Assembly: GCA_043811375.1 (NCBI GenBank)
Contig: JBDRNJ010000069.1
Location: forward strand, 1 to 45,897
Length of the DNA: 45,897 bases
Origin: a bacterium
GTDB lineage: Bacteria > Zixibacteria > MSB-5A5 > GN15 > FEB-12
Reading direction: 5' to 3'
Shown here: one piece after another, positions 37,537-45,897 of the stretch
Layout of the letters: each line of letters begins with the position of its first letter
Position numbering within the stretch: position 1 is the first letter of the stretch
Position numbers and translations under genes: made by a program
The notes under the pieces: generated by a model
The model's database searches: none
Seen by the model: the letters and a program-made list of their open reading frames with translations, nothing else
Told to the model about the DNA's origin: nothing

Positions 37537-38418
37537 TTACTCCTCCACCCGCAGACTGAAATCAGAGGCCGGGGCGGAATGGGTCAGGGCGCCAATTGAT
37601 AGATAGTCCACCCCGGTAGCGGCGATAGCAGCGACGTTATCCAGTGACACATTCCCAGACGCCTCCAGCTTGATATCCGGATTCAACTGCCGGGCCAGCT
37701 TTACAAGATGCTGTATTGACTCAATCGTCTGGTTGTCCAGCAGCAGCCGATCGGCACCGGCCTTGACAGCCTCAGTTACCTGTTTGTCAGATGTGACTTC
37801 CACCTCTATATCAACAGCCTCCGCCCCCTGGCCGAATTGCAGGTGAAACTCGTCAGAGATAATATACTGTTTTGCCATATTGATCGCCTGAGTCACTGAA
37901 CCGGCAGCAGTGATGTGGTTGTCTTTGATCAGGACCATATCATACAACCCCAGCCGATGGTTAACACCGCCGCCGTGTACCACGGCTGCTTTCTCCAGCA
38001 GTCGCCAACCCGGTGTCGTTTTGCGGGTATCGAGGATACGACAGGCGGTACCTGATATCCTGTCCACGAATTCTGCCGTCAAAGTGGCGATGCCACTGAG
38101 GTGAGCCAGGAAATTCAGAGCGGTCCGCTCGGCAGTCAGGATTGTCTGGTCAAATCCCTCGATACTGACGATTGTTTTCCCGGCATCAAACCGGTCGCCA
38201 TCGGCCAACAGCGGGTGAACAACCGTCGCCGGGTCCACCATCATAAAGGCCAGCTTAGCCGGTGCCAGCCCCGACAGAATACCTGCCGATTTGGCTACGA
38301 TCACCGCTTTGATCGGACGGGGTTCCAGGCAGGCCAACGAGGTAATATCTCCGCGACCGATGTCTTCCTTCAAGGCCGCTTTTACCAGTTCAACTGTGGC
38401 TTGCTTGAGTGGATTCAT
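37537..38418 (-). CDS. nadC: Nicotinate-nucleotide diphosphorylase (quinolinate phosphoribosyltransferase)
   Basis: ERTALNFL..LSGIAT, DTRKTTPG, HR.GLYD..LIKDNH, LLDN, EASG. Confidence 0.97.
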   Translation of the reverse strand: MNPLKQATVELVKAALKEDIGRGDITSLACLEPRPIKAVIVAKSAGILSGLAPAKLAFMMVDPATVVHPLLADGDRFDAGKTIVSIEGFDQTILTAERTALNFLAHLSGIATLTAEFVDRISGTACRILDTRKTTPGWRLLEKAAVVHGGGVNHRLGLYDMVLIKDNHITAAGSVTQAINMAKQYIISDEFHLQFGQGAEAVDIEVEVTSDKQVTEAVKAGADRLLLDNQTIESIQHLVKLARQLNPDIKLEASGNVSLDNVAAIAATGVDYLSIGALTHSAPASDFSLRVEE

Positions 38419-38439
38419 AACTGATAATTAACAGCAATG

Positions 38440-38468
38440 TTGGCATTCGTCAAACAGGAAGTTATACT
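38440..38468 (+). promoter_or_regulatory. Sigma70-type promoter of ilvC (predicted leaderless)
   Basis: TTGGCA-17bp-TATACT, ATG 6 nt after the -10. Confidence 0.65.
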
Positions 38469-38474
38469 AACTCT

Positions 38475-39428
38475 ATGACACCAGGGAAAACAGGCGGCAG
38501 GAAGATAGCTGTCATCGGCTACGGTTCGCAGGGTCGAGCACTGGCTCTCAATCTGCGTGACTCCGGTTATGACGTGATTATCGGGCTGCGCAGCGGCTCC
38601 AGGTCGCGTCGGTCGGCAAAGAAAGATGGCTGGCGACAGATTGGCACTATCAGGCAGGCAGTAGCCGGTGCGGACATAATCTGCTTCGCATTTCCCGACC
38701 ACCTCCACGGCCGGGTCTATGACAGAGAGATACGAAAGTACGTTCGGCAGGGTTCGACGCTCTGGTTTCTGCAGGGGATGTCGGTTCATTTCGGTTTTGT
38801 CAAACCACTCGCCAAATGCGACGTTATTCTCATCGCGCCGCACGCTCCCGGCTCGGCGATGCGGGAGAGGTTCAGTTCGAAGAGATCGTTTTCGGCATTT
38901 TATGCTGTTTACCGGGACTATTCCGGCCGGGCACAGAAAACAGTGAAGTCTCTGGCCCGGGCTATCGGAGTTAACCGTAAAGGGCTAGTGCCGACCTCTT
39001 TCGAGGCTGAAGCAATCGGCGACTTTTTTGGCGAACAGGCGGTTCTGTGCGGGGGGATGGCAGCCTTGATTAAAAACGGTTTTGATGTGCTGGTAGAAAA
39101 CGGCCTGCCAGCTGAAAACGCTTACCTTGAAGTAGCCTATCAGCTTGATCTGATTATTGATCTGGTAAAACAGCACGGAATTGAGGGAATGCTAAGGCGG
39201 ATATCGGTGGCGGCCCGTTACGGCTCAGTACAAGCCGGACCTGAGATCATCAATAATTCAGTCAAAAAGCGGATGCAGCAGATCTACCGGAAGATAGAGT
39301 CAGGTCGTTTTTCGCGGCAACTAAACCGTTTGAAATACCAGGACATTACTAGCTTGAATCGTGAACTTAAAGCTCTCAGCTCCCCGGCACTGGAAAAAGC
39401 AGCTCGGAAATTCAAACCGGAGAGTTGA
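38475..39428 (+). CDS. ilvC: Ketol-acid reductoisomerase
   Basis: IAVIGYGSQG.A.ALNLRDSG, D.FGEQAVLCGG, AYLE, S..ARYG. Confidence 0.92.
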   Translation: MTPGKTGGRKIAVIGYGSQGRALALNLRDSGYDVIIGLRSGSRSRRSAKKDGWRQIGTIRQAVAGADIICFAFPDHLHGRVYDREIRKYVRQGSTLWFLQGMSVHFGFVKPLAKCDVILIAPHAPGSAMRERFSSKRSFSAFYAVYRDYSGRAQKTVKSLARAIGVNRKGLVPTSFEAEAIGDFFGEQAVLCGGMAALIKNGFDVLVENGLPAENAYLEVAYQLDLIIDLVKQHGIEGMLRRISVAARYGSVQAGPEIINNSVKKRMQQIYRKIESGRFSRQLNRLKYQDITSLNRELKALSSPALEKAARKFKPES

Positions 39429-39578
39429 CTATTTTTCGGCGATTATGACTTAAGTAGCGACTTTCTGGCCCGGAACCGATTTATAGCGGCAATTCGAGGC
39501 TGCCGACTGTCGGCGGGGTGGGTATCGAATTAATGGTTTTGTTAAATCCGGGTGCCGTTTCTGTCGATAATTATAACC

Positions 39579-40361
39579 ATGAAATATACATGCCTGAGAA
39601 CATTGTACTTGCTGTGTCTGCTGAGTCTGGTGATGCTTATGCATACCGGTTGCGGCGGTGGTCCGGGTCAGTCACAGCAACCGGAAATCTTCACCTATCG
39701 GATTGAAGGAACGCTGATTAAGGACCTCAACACCGATTTTGCCCATGCTGTAGCGACCATAACCCGCGACGACACCACCCTGGCTACGGCCGAATTGAGA
39801 CTCGATGGCGATTCACTGGCCCACCATCAGGATTCAATATACTACCGGTATGTCCTGCCGGCGGGAGACTATGCTGCTGGTACCCACGAACTTGTGATCC
39901 GGGACTCCTCGTGGTTTCTCGATACTCTGCTGATATCGCTGCCGGGCAACTTTGCAATTGACAGTGTCCTGCCAACTACCCGTCAGAAAAGAACAGTCGA
40001 TCACGTCAGTCTCAACTGGTCAGGTTCAGCCGGAACCGACCGCTACGTGATAGCCGCAGTCAAGATGGATTCTATCTACGCAGGTCTCGGCTTCACTCAG
40101 TATGTAACTTCACTGACAACATCCGAAACGTTTCCTGACAGCGCCTTTGCCCTGCCCGGTGGCGACCCGGACACCGGCTGGTTTTATGTCTATGTCTATT
40201 CGTACACCGGTACGCCCGACAGCGCCCTGTCAGCGACACTGTTGCCCAGTCCGATGCCCAGCCAACTCGATGACAACATCTCCGGCCAGAATATTGCCGG
40301 CCGGTTGGGGGCGATAGTGGTAGCCGCCTTTGACTCCATCCGGGTTGTTACCGAACCGTAG
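39579..40361 (+). CDS. Putative lipoprotein
   Basis: Signal peptide ending HTG-C. Confidence 0.65.
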   Translation: MKYTCLRTLYLLCLLSLVMLMHTGCGGGPGQSQQPEIFTYRIEGTLIKDLNTDFAHAVATITRDDTTLATAELRLDGDSLAHHQDSIYYRYVLPAGDYAAGTHELVIRDSSWFLDTLLISLPGNFAIDSVLPTTRQKRTVDHVSLNWSGSAGTDRYVIAAVKMDSIYAGLGFTQYVTSLTTSETFPDSAFALPGGDPDTGWFYVYVYSYTGTPDSALSATLLPSPMPSQLDDNISGQNIAGRLGAIVVAAFDSIRVVTEP

Positions 40362-40445
40362 CAAATGCCGGGTTAGACGACTCAGTAAACATCGCCGTTC
40401 TTTTTGAGTTGCCGTAAGGACGAGGTCTGTCTACTTTTAGTCGGT

Positions 40446-41357
40446 ATGACCAAGCACGATCGACTTATCAAGCAGCTTTCTCAACTGGGAACGGAGCAGG
40501 CCAACCCCGACACGATCGATATTGACCAACTGTCAGCAGTTGAGATAGTCGCAAAGATTAATGCCGAAGACGAAAAGATCGCCGGTGTGGTTCGGCAGGC
40601 CCTGCCGGAGATTGCTCAGGCAGCCGAGGTTTTTGCGGCGATACTCCGTAAGGGGGGGCGTGTTTTCTATATTGGCGCCGGAACATCCGGCCGACTGGGA
40701 GTGCTGGACGCCGCCGAATGCCCGCCCACGTTCGGCTCCGATCCGAAACAGATCATCGGAATCATCTCCGGAGGCTACGACACGCTGGTGTTGTCACGGG
40801 AAGGGGTGGAGGATGACCGCGAGGCGGCAGTCAACGATCTCAAGCGGCTCAACTTCGCCAAAACCGATTTCCTGATCGGTCTGGCGGCGTCGACACGAAC
40901 GCCCTACACACTATCCGGGTTGGAATACGCTCACTCGCTGGGCAGTAAGACCGCTTTTATTATTTGTAACGAAACAGCCGACATCCCATCATGGATAGAC
41001 ATAGCTATACTACTGCCGGTAGGGCCGGAGGTAATCACCGGTTCGACCCGGATGAAGTCCGCCACGGCGCAGAAGATGACTCTCAACATGATTTCCACCA
41101 CGGCCATGGTGCTGCTGGGGAAGACGTACGGCAACCTGATGGTCGATCTTCAGGCGCGCTCAGAGAAACTGGCTGCCCGATCCCGCAAGATACTTATCGA
41201 TCTGTTCGACCTTTCCCTGTCACAGGCCGATGATCTGCTGGATCGATCCGGCGGTTCGGTCAAAACGGCGATCGTGATGCACCAGTTCAATTGCAGCCGG
41301 GAGGAAGCGCTGGAGAAGCTTCAGCAGGCGGGCGGGTTTATTTCCAAGTGCCGGTAA
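40446..41357 (+). CDS. murQ: N-acetylmuramic acid 6-phosphate etherase
   Basis: GAGTSGRLGVLDAAECPPTF, EGVED, GPEVITGSTRMK, GNLMVD. Confidence 0.96.
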   Translation: MTKHDRLIKQLSQLGTEQANPDTIDIDQLSAVEIVAKINAEDEKIAGVVRQALPEIAQAAEVFAAILRKGGRVFYIGAGTSGRLGVLDAAECPPTFGSDPKQIIGIISGGYDTLVLSREGVEDDREAAVNDLKRLNFAKTDFLIGLAASTRTPYTLSGLEYAHSLGSKTAFIICNETADIPSWIDIAILLPVGPEVITGSTRMKSATAQKMTLNMISTTAMVLLGKTYGNLMVDLQARSEKLAARSRKILIDLFDLSLSQADDLLDRSGGSVKTAIVMHQFNCSREEALEKLQQAGGFISKCR

Positions 41358-41366
41358 TCAGTCCAC

Positions 41367-41437
41367 GTAGGGCAGGACCCCTTGTGGTCCTGCCATTGGA
41401 TCAGCATTGGCGGAACCGCTAAAGGATTCCGCCCTAC
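41367..41437. repeat. GTAG-type REP doublet between convergent genes
   Basis: GTAG-GGCAGGACC.CTTGT.GGTCCTGCC and inverted GGCGGAACC.GCTAAA.GGATTCCGCC-CTAC. Confidence 0.75.
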
Positions 41438-41443
41438 TATATA

Positions 41444-42680
41444 CTAACATGGCGGGGGCGCGGGGCCGCCGAGGAAGAGATAGGCCACCAGATATGTCAG
41501 GTCACCGACATCAATACCACCACTGCCGTCGACATCACCCTCTTCCGGGCACGGTGGTGCCGGACCGCCCTGGAAGAGATAAGCCACCAGGTAAGTCAGA
41601 TCACCTACGTCAATTGCGCCGTTGCGGTCAACATCGCCCCCGTATGTCACAACAATATAGAATAGGAAAACAGTGGGGGCCATCCCAGGCAGGTAAAACT
41701 TTGATATTGCCTTCAATGATCCCTTCTCGCTTCGCCCATAGCCAGTCACCACCGGGTGGGAACCAGCATGAGTCGAGACAGATTTCGCCACCAGAGAAAC
41801 TATGATCAACAGGTCCTACAGTGATCGTATGAGTAACAGAGTCAAAACCAATGGGTAGCCCCTGGTAAAAGAAGACAACACCATAAAATCCTACCGTGTC
41901 CGCTCCATTGCCGGTAATGCTGAATGTCCTGGTCCCGGCAGCTCCGTCGAAATACTGTTTCATATTGCAGACTTCCTCGATCACGGTCGTGTCCCAGCAT
42001 GCACCGGTTGGAGAATAGACACGGAACCCGTTGGTAATCCCCTCGGGTCGATAGTCGGAAAAGTTGGCTACTCGCAGGTGGAAGGTAATGACCTGACCGG
42101 TTGGGATAGTATCATTGCCCAGCAGCCAGTCGACATGATCGAGGCTAATGGCGCTGGTGTCAGCTAACGGTGTGCACTCCAGTTGATGCTCGCAACGCAA
42201 GTCAGGCCCGGGAGGTATTATGAAATGAATCATCCAGACTAAGTCATGCACGTTGATACCAAGACAGCCGCCGGTGTTGGCCGACATCAGTACGGGAGGC
42301 GGCGGGCCGTCCTCAAACAGCCAACCCAGATACCAGGTCAGGTCACCAACATCACACCAGTGTTCGTCATTATTAACATCGCCGCAATCAACATCACAGA
42401 CATCGCCGATACCATTGCCGCTTGAGTCGGCCTGATCCGGATTAAAAGCTAAAGGGCAGTTATCACACGAATCGCCAACAGTATCGAGGTCTGTGTCGAT
42501 CTGATCTGGATTGTAGTCATAGGGGCAGTTGTCCAGCGAGTCTTCGATACCGTCACCGTCGGCATCACTTCGCTGACTGGTGTATTGGTCAGTGGCTGCC
42601 TGCACGACTGTATCGTTGGTGGTGACAGAGAGGGTAAAGACTAACCCCGTGACAACCGCAAAAGCTATCAAAGACTTCAT
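41444..42680 (-). pseudogene. Secreted protein: TSP3 repeats, internal dockerin, beta-sandwich (cohesin-like?) domain, C-terminal dockerin; frameshifted at 41637-41641
   Basis: ORF ends YCCDIRGRC* while the dockerin [13 protein letters not shown].. continues in another frame; removing one G from G5 gives YCCDIRGDVDRNG. Confidence 0.8.
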
Positions 42681-42786
42681 AACGTTCCCCACATAGATTG
42701 ACAGCCAACCGGCCCGGCCCCGGTGGCCTGCCCGTAGGGGCGTAGGACCATTGAAGCGATTTACCTGACTTGACCGGTCGTATATC

Positions 42787-45522
42787 TTAACAAATCGGGT
42801 CCGGTCCTCCCTGGAACAAGTAGGCTACCAGGTAGGTGATGTCGCCCACGTCAACACTTCCACCACCGTCGACGTCGGCGGCTTCCATGTTCGGCGGTGG
42901 CGATCCGCCTTGGAACAGGTAGGCGACCATGTAAGTCAGGTCTCCCGCATCCGGAGCTGTCCCGGAACCGTCGATATCGCCGCAGATCACATCACACGAA
43001 TCGCCGATGCCGTCCAGATCGCTGTCCTCCTGCAGGGGATTGGGTGTTTCCAGACAGTTGTCGCAACTGTCACCGACACCATCTGCATCCAAATCTTCCT
43101 GTAGAGCATTCGCAAACTCAGTGCAGTTATCGCAACTATCACCGATAGCGTCACTATCGAGATCTTCCTGGGATGGATTGGCTGACAGAATACAGTTGTC
43201 GCAACTGTCGCCGACAGCATCGCTGTCGAAATCTTCCTGAGCCGGATTAACAGTCAGCAGGCAGTTGTCGCAACTGTCGCCAACAGCGTCGCTGTCGAAA
43301 TCCTCCTGTAGCGGGTTGTAGATTGTGGGGCAGTTGTCGATGCTGCTGGTGATACCGTCACCGTCCGGGTCGTTATTGAGAGACGGGAATAATATATAAT
43401 CCACCCAGCCACAGTCACTGCCGCCGGATAACGAGCCGTCTTTTTTGTAGGTCCAGCGGAATATGTGACTGCCGGCCGTTACGGGGTAGGTTGCCTGAGT
43501 CCAGTCTATTTCACCGGACCATTTATCCTGTTCGTTGCCGTCGATGTAGAACTTCAGGAAATCCCAACCCGATTCCGAGGACACCTTGTAGTAAAACGTG
43601 ACGTTGCCGGCCTGCGTAATGTCAAGAGTCAGCGACATCACGGATGAGTCGTAATGCGTAATGCTGCCGGATTTGGCACTGTAACTGCCTTCATAAACGG
43701 GGTCGGTATCGATTATCCAGGCGGCATCACCACTCATCTGCCAGGCAAAGGAGATGAAGTCGCCGCTTTCGAAATCCTCGATCTGCTGTCCAACCGTAAT
43801 GCTGAATGTAACGGTGTCATTATAGCCGCCGTCTGCAGTTACCGACAGAGTGAAACTTATCTGATGTTCCAGGGGGCAGTCCGGCGAAACCGTCATCTCG
43901 TAGGTGCTGACAGAAGCTCCGGTACCACCCAGGGCGCTGATGACCGGAAAGGAAGATGTGTTCTGAGTAACAGTTACAAACGTATCCGACGTATACAGAC
44001 TTCCCTGGAGATTGGTGGCATCACCACCACCGTTGTTGACCAGCGTAATGTGCATCGCAACCGAATCGCCCGGGTCGACTGTGCCCGCGCTGTGACCGAC
44101 GAACTCCATGTCCGGTTCATAGGATAAGGGTACCAATTGAACGTTGATTATTGTGGCAGCACCGGCTGAAACAGTTATCCCATTGATGGTCTGGGAGTAA
44201 TAGCCGAGAGCGTCGAAACGCAGATCATATGTCCCGGCTTCTATCATGCGATGGTAATCGCCGACATTCGGATCAGTATAGACCTGCGTACTGTCCACGT
44301 CGTGGTCCAGCACAGTTACCATAGCCGCCACCGGCAGGCCACTGTTCTGATTGGTTACAATGCCTCTAATCCCATAGAGAGCATGTTCGAGATATTCCAG
44401 GAAGGAAATACGATTGTAAACCCAGTGCGCCGGAAGCTGCGAAGCCGGCAGCAGCTTGGTATTGGACAGCTCCAGGGTGATCTCCCGGCAACCGTGCCAG
44501 TAGTTCATGTAGTCCTGTCGACCGCCGTTGACTTCGTACCAATCCCAGCCGTTGGTAATGCCGTCGTTGAAACCGTCCAAGTAGGTGGATGGGCTGTTAT
44601 TCTGAGCGGAATCGGCGTACTGGTGACAGACCAATTGCCACCAGGTGTCATCGGCGTGCCGCTGCGACCAGGTATCCCAGGGGTAGTTAACTACTTCCGC
44701 GCCGCCATGGTGATTGGCCGAGATAACGAAACTGTGCGAGTCGGCCAGATTCATCATGGCGATGGTCTCCGGTTGCCAGCTTCTGCCGTCGGGATGAGGG
44801 CCATCCTGTGGGTCAGGGAAATTGCGGTTAAGATCGACGCCGTTGGCGTTATAGCGCTGAGCGCCGCTTACAGAACTGTTACCGGTGATGTAAGTACCGT
44901 CGGGATTTGCTAAAGGGTTGATCCAGATTTCCAGGCTGTCAACCATAGCTGTTATCTTCGGATCAGTCCCGTAGGACGATAATAGCGAATCAATCAACCG
45001 CAACATCAGAATATAGCAGGTGGTTTCGTCGCCGTGCATGGTGGCGGTGTGCATCACCTCAGGCTCGTCCTGTTCCACGTCAACACTGTCGGATATTTTA
45101 GCAAAAAGGATTTCTCGCCCCTGAACGGAACTGTCTATACAGTACACCCGGCACAGGTCCGGGTAGTCAGTTTGGAACTGGTACATCATGGCTACATACG
45201 CCTCGTAGCTGGGGTAACTGTCCCAGTTCTGCAGGTCCTTGAGGTTGTCCGACATGGTCGGCTCAATAAGCGTTCCCGGTGCCGGCAGCATAGTATAGTC
45301 GTAACCCAGGTTCCTGAATTCCGATAATTCCTGATCGTTGGCATAAGCATACACCGTATCGCCGCGCACGTCGTCGATTGATATGACCCGCGTCAGTTTG
45401 CTCAACTGTTCGCGATCGTCAATGACGAATTTGAAGTAGTACTCTGCTGCTGCCACCGGCGCCGCCATCACCAATATCAACAGCAATGCTGTCAGCGCTG
45501 TTATTCTGTTTATAAACTGCAA
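42787..45522 (-). CDS. Secreted M14 zinc carboxypeptidase with regulatory-like/Ig-like domains, TSP3 repeats and dockerin
   Basis: HGDE zinc motif, DLNRNFP, HHGG..VVNYPWD, EITLELS; [14 protein letters not shown] repeats; dockerin. Confidence 0.92.
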   Translation of the reverse strand: MQFINRITALTALLLILVMAAPVAAAEYYFKFVIDDREQLSKLTRVISIDDVRGDTVYAYANDQELSEFRNLGYDYTMLPAPGTLIEPTMSDNLKDLQNWDSYPSYEAYVAMMYQFQTDYPDLCRVYCIDSSVQGREILFAKISDSVDVEQDEPEVMHTATMHGDETTCYILMLRLIDSLLSSYGTDPKITAMVDSLEIWINPLANPDGTYITGNSSVSGAQRYNANGVDLNRNFPDPQDGPHPDGRSWQPETIAMMNLADSHSFVISANHHGGAEVVNYPWDTWSQRHADDTWWQLVCHQYADSAQNNSPSTYLDGFNDGITNGWDWYEVNGGRQDYMNYWHGCREITLELSNTKLLPASQLPAHWVYNRISFLEYLEHALYGIRGIVTNQNSGLPVAAMVTVLDHDVDSTQVYTDPNVGDYHRMIEAGTYDLRFDALGYYSQTINGITVSAGAATIINVQLVPLSYEPDMEFVGHSAGTVDPGDSVAMHITLVNNGGGDATNLQGSLYTSDTFVTVTQNTSSFPVISALGGTGASVSTYEMTVSPDCPLEHQISFTLSVTADGGYNDTVTFSITVGQQIEDFESGDFISFAWQMSGDAAWIIDTDPVYEGSYSAKSGSITHYDSSVMSLTLDITQAGNVTFYYKVSSESGWDFLKFYIDGNEQDKWSGEIDWTQATYPVTAGSHIFRWTYKKDGSLSGGSDCGWVDYILFPSLNNDPDGDGITSSIDNCPTIYNPLQEDFDSDAVGDSCDNCLLTVNPAQEDFDSDAVGDSCDNCILSANPSQEDLDSDAIGDSCDNCTEFANALQEDLDADGVGDSCDNCLETPNPLQEDSDLDGIGDSCDVICGDIDGSGTAPDAGDLTYMVAYLFQGGSPPPNMEAADVDGGGSVDVGDITYLVAYLFQGGPDPIC
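43000..43375 (-). repeat. Coding tandem repeat, 69-bp period (thrombospondin type 3 repeats)
   Basis: CAGTT(G/A)TCGCAACT at 43055, 43124, 43193, 43262. Confidence 0.85.
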
Positions 45523-45578
45523 TTTATCAACGACCTTTCTTTATCATTCATGTATGCTCATTGCAACTACGATCCCTC

Positions 45579-45897
45579 TTACGGGCAGGTGAGGGGGGGG
45601 CCGCTCTGGAAGAGGTACTGCACCAGGTACATGATGTCACCCACGTCCAGCACCCCGCCGGAACCGTTCACGTCGGCCGCAGCCATCACCGGCGGCGGCG
45701 GACCACCCTGGAACAAGTATTGCACCAGGTACATCAGGTCACCCACATCGGGACCAAGATCGTCACCGTTGACGTCGCCGCAAATATAACTGCCGCCGAC
45801 CGTCAACTGCGCCGACACTATAACCGGATTGTCGGCCGGATCGGGATCGTTGCTGCCCACGACAATGTTGGCATCGTACACACCGGTGTCCAGACCG
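45579..45897 (-). CDS. 3' part of a dockerin-terminated secreted protein (5' outside window)
   Basis: Y.ANI.V.SNDPD Ig-like strand then ICGDVNGD..DVGDLMYLVQYLFQGGP duplicated. Confidence 0.85.
   Translation of the reverse strand, partial: GLDTGVYDANIVVGSNDPDPADNPVIVSAQLTVGGSYICGDVNGDDLGPDVGDLMYLVQYLFQGGPPPPVMAAADVNGSGGVLDVGDIMYLVQYLFQSGPPLTCP

Noticed and set aside
43000..43375. 69-bp periodic palindromic repeat resembling a CRISPR array
   Set aside because: In-frame coding TSP3 repeats (23 aa); spacers are similar to each other; no cas genes

Overview
Bacterial chromosomal window. The many secreted proteins ending in a '[26 protein letters not shown]' dockerin-like module suggest candidate phylum Zixibacteria (inference). 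From left to right: (i) housekeeping genes (partial mutM, lgt, PAP2, rsmI, nadE, hflX, tadA); (ii) an ~11.5 kb Fur/PerR-headed oxygen and iron defence cluster (AhpC, Tpx, desulfoferrodoxin, ferritin, several rubrerythrin/ferritin-like proteins, FNR, ZIP, cydAB); (iii) a 13.6 kb integrative element (22008-35637) in the 3' end of tRNA-Glu(CTC), carrying a large serine recombinase, a resolvase, a primase-like replication module and secreted cargo; (iv) more housekeeping genes (ECF S component, nadC, ilvC, murQ) and dockerin-tagged secreted proteins. Main observations: the integrase ORF runs through the att site, so excision would swap its C-terminus. A decayed 3' end of a sister integrase sits at the left junction, suggesting tandem integration. 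A C4/P4-CI-like antisense leader precedes the resolvase, and an orphan structured sRNA candidate lies at ~36080-36169. A uniform dockerin tag is shared by host and island proteins, with a candidate cohesin-like partner domain.
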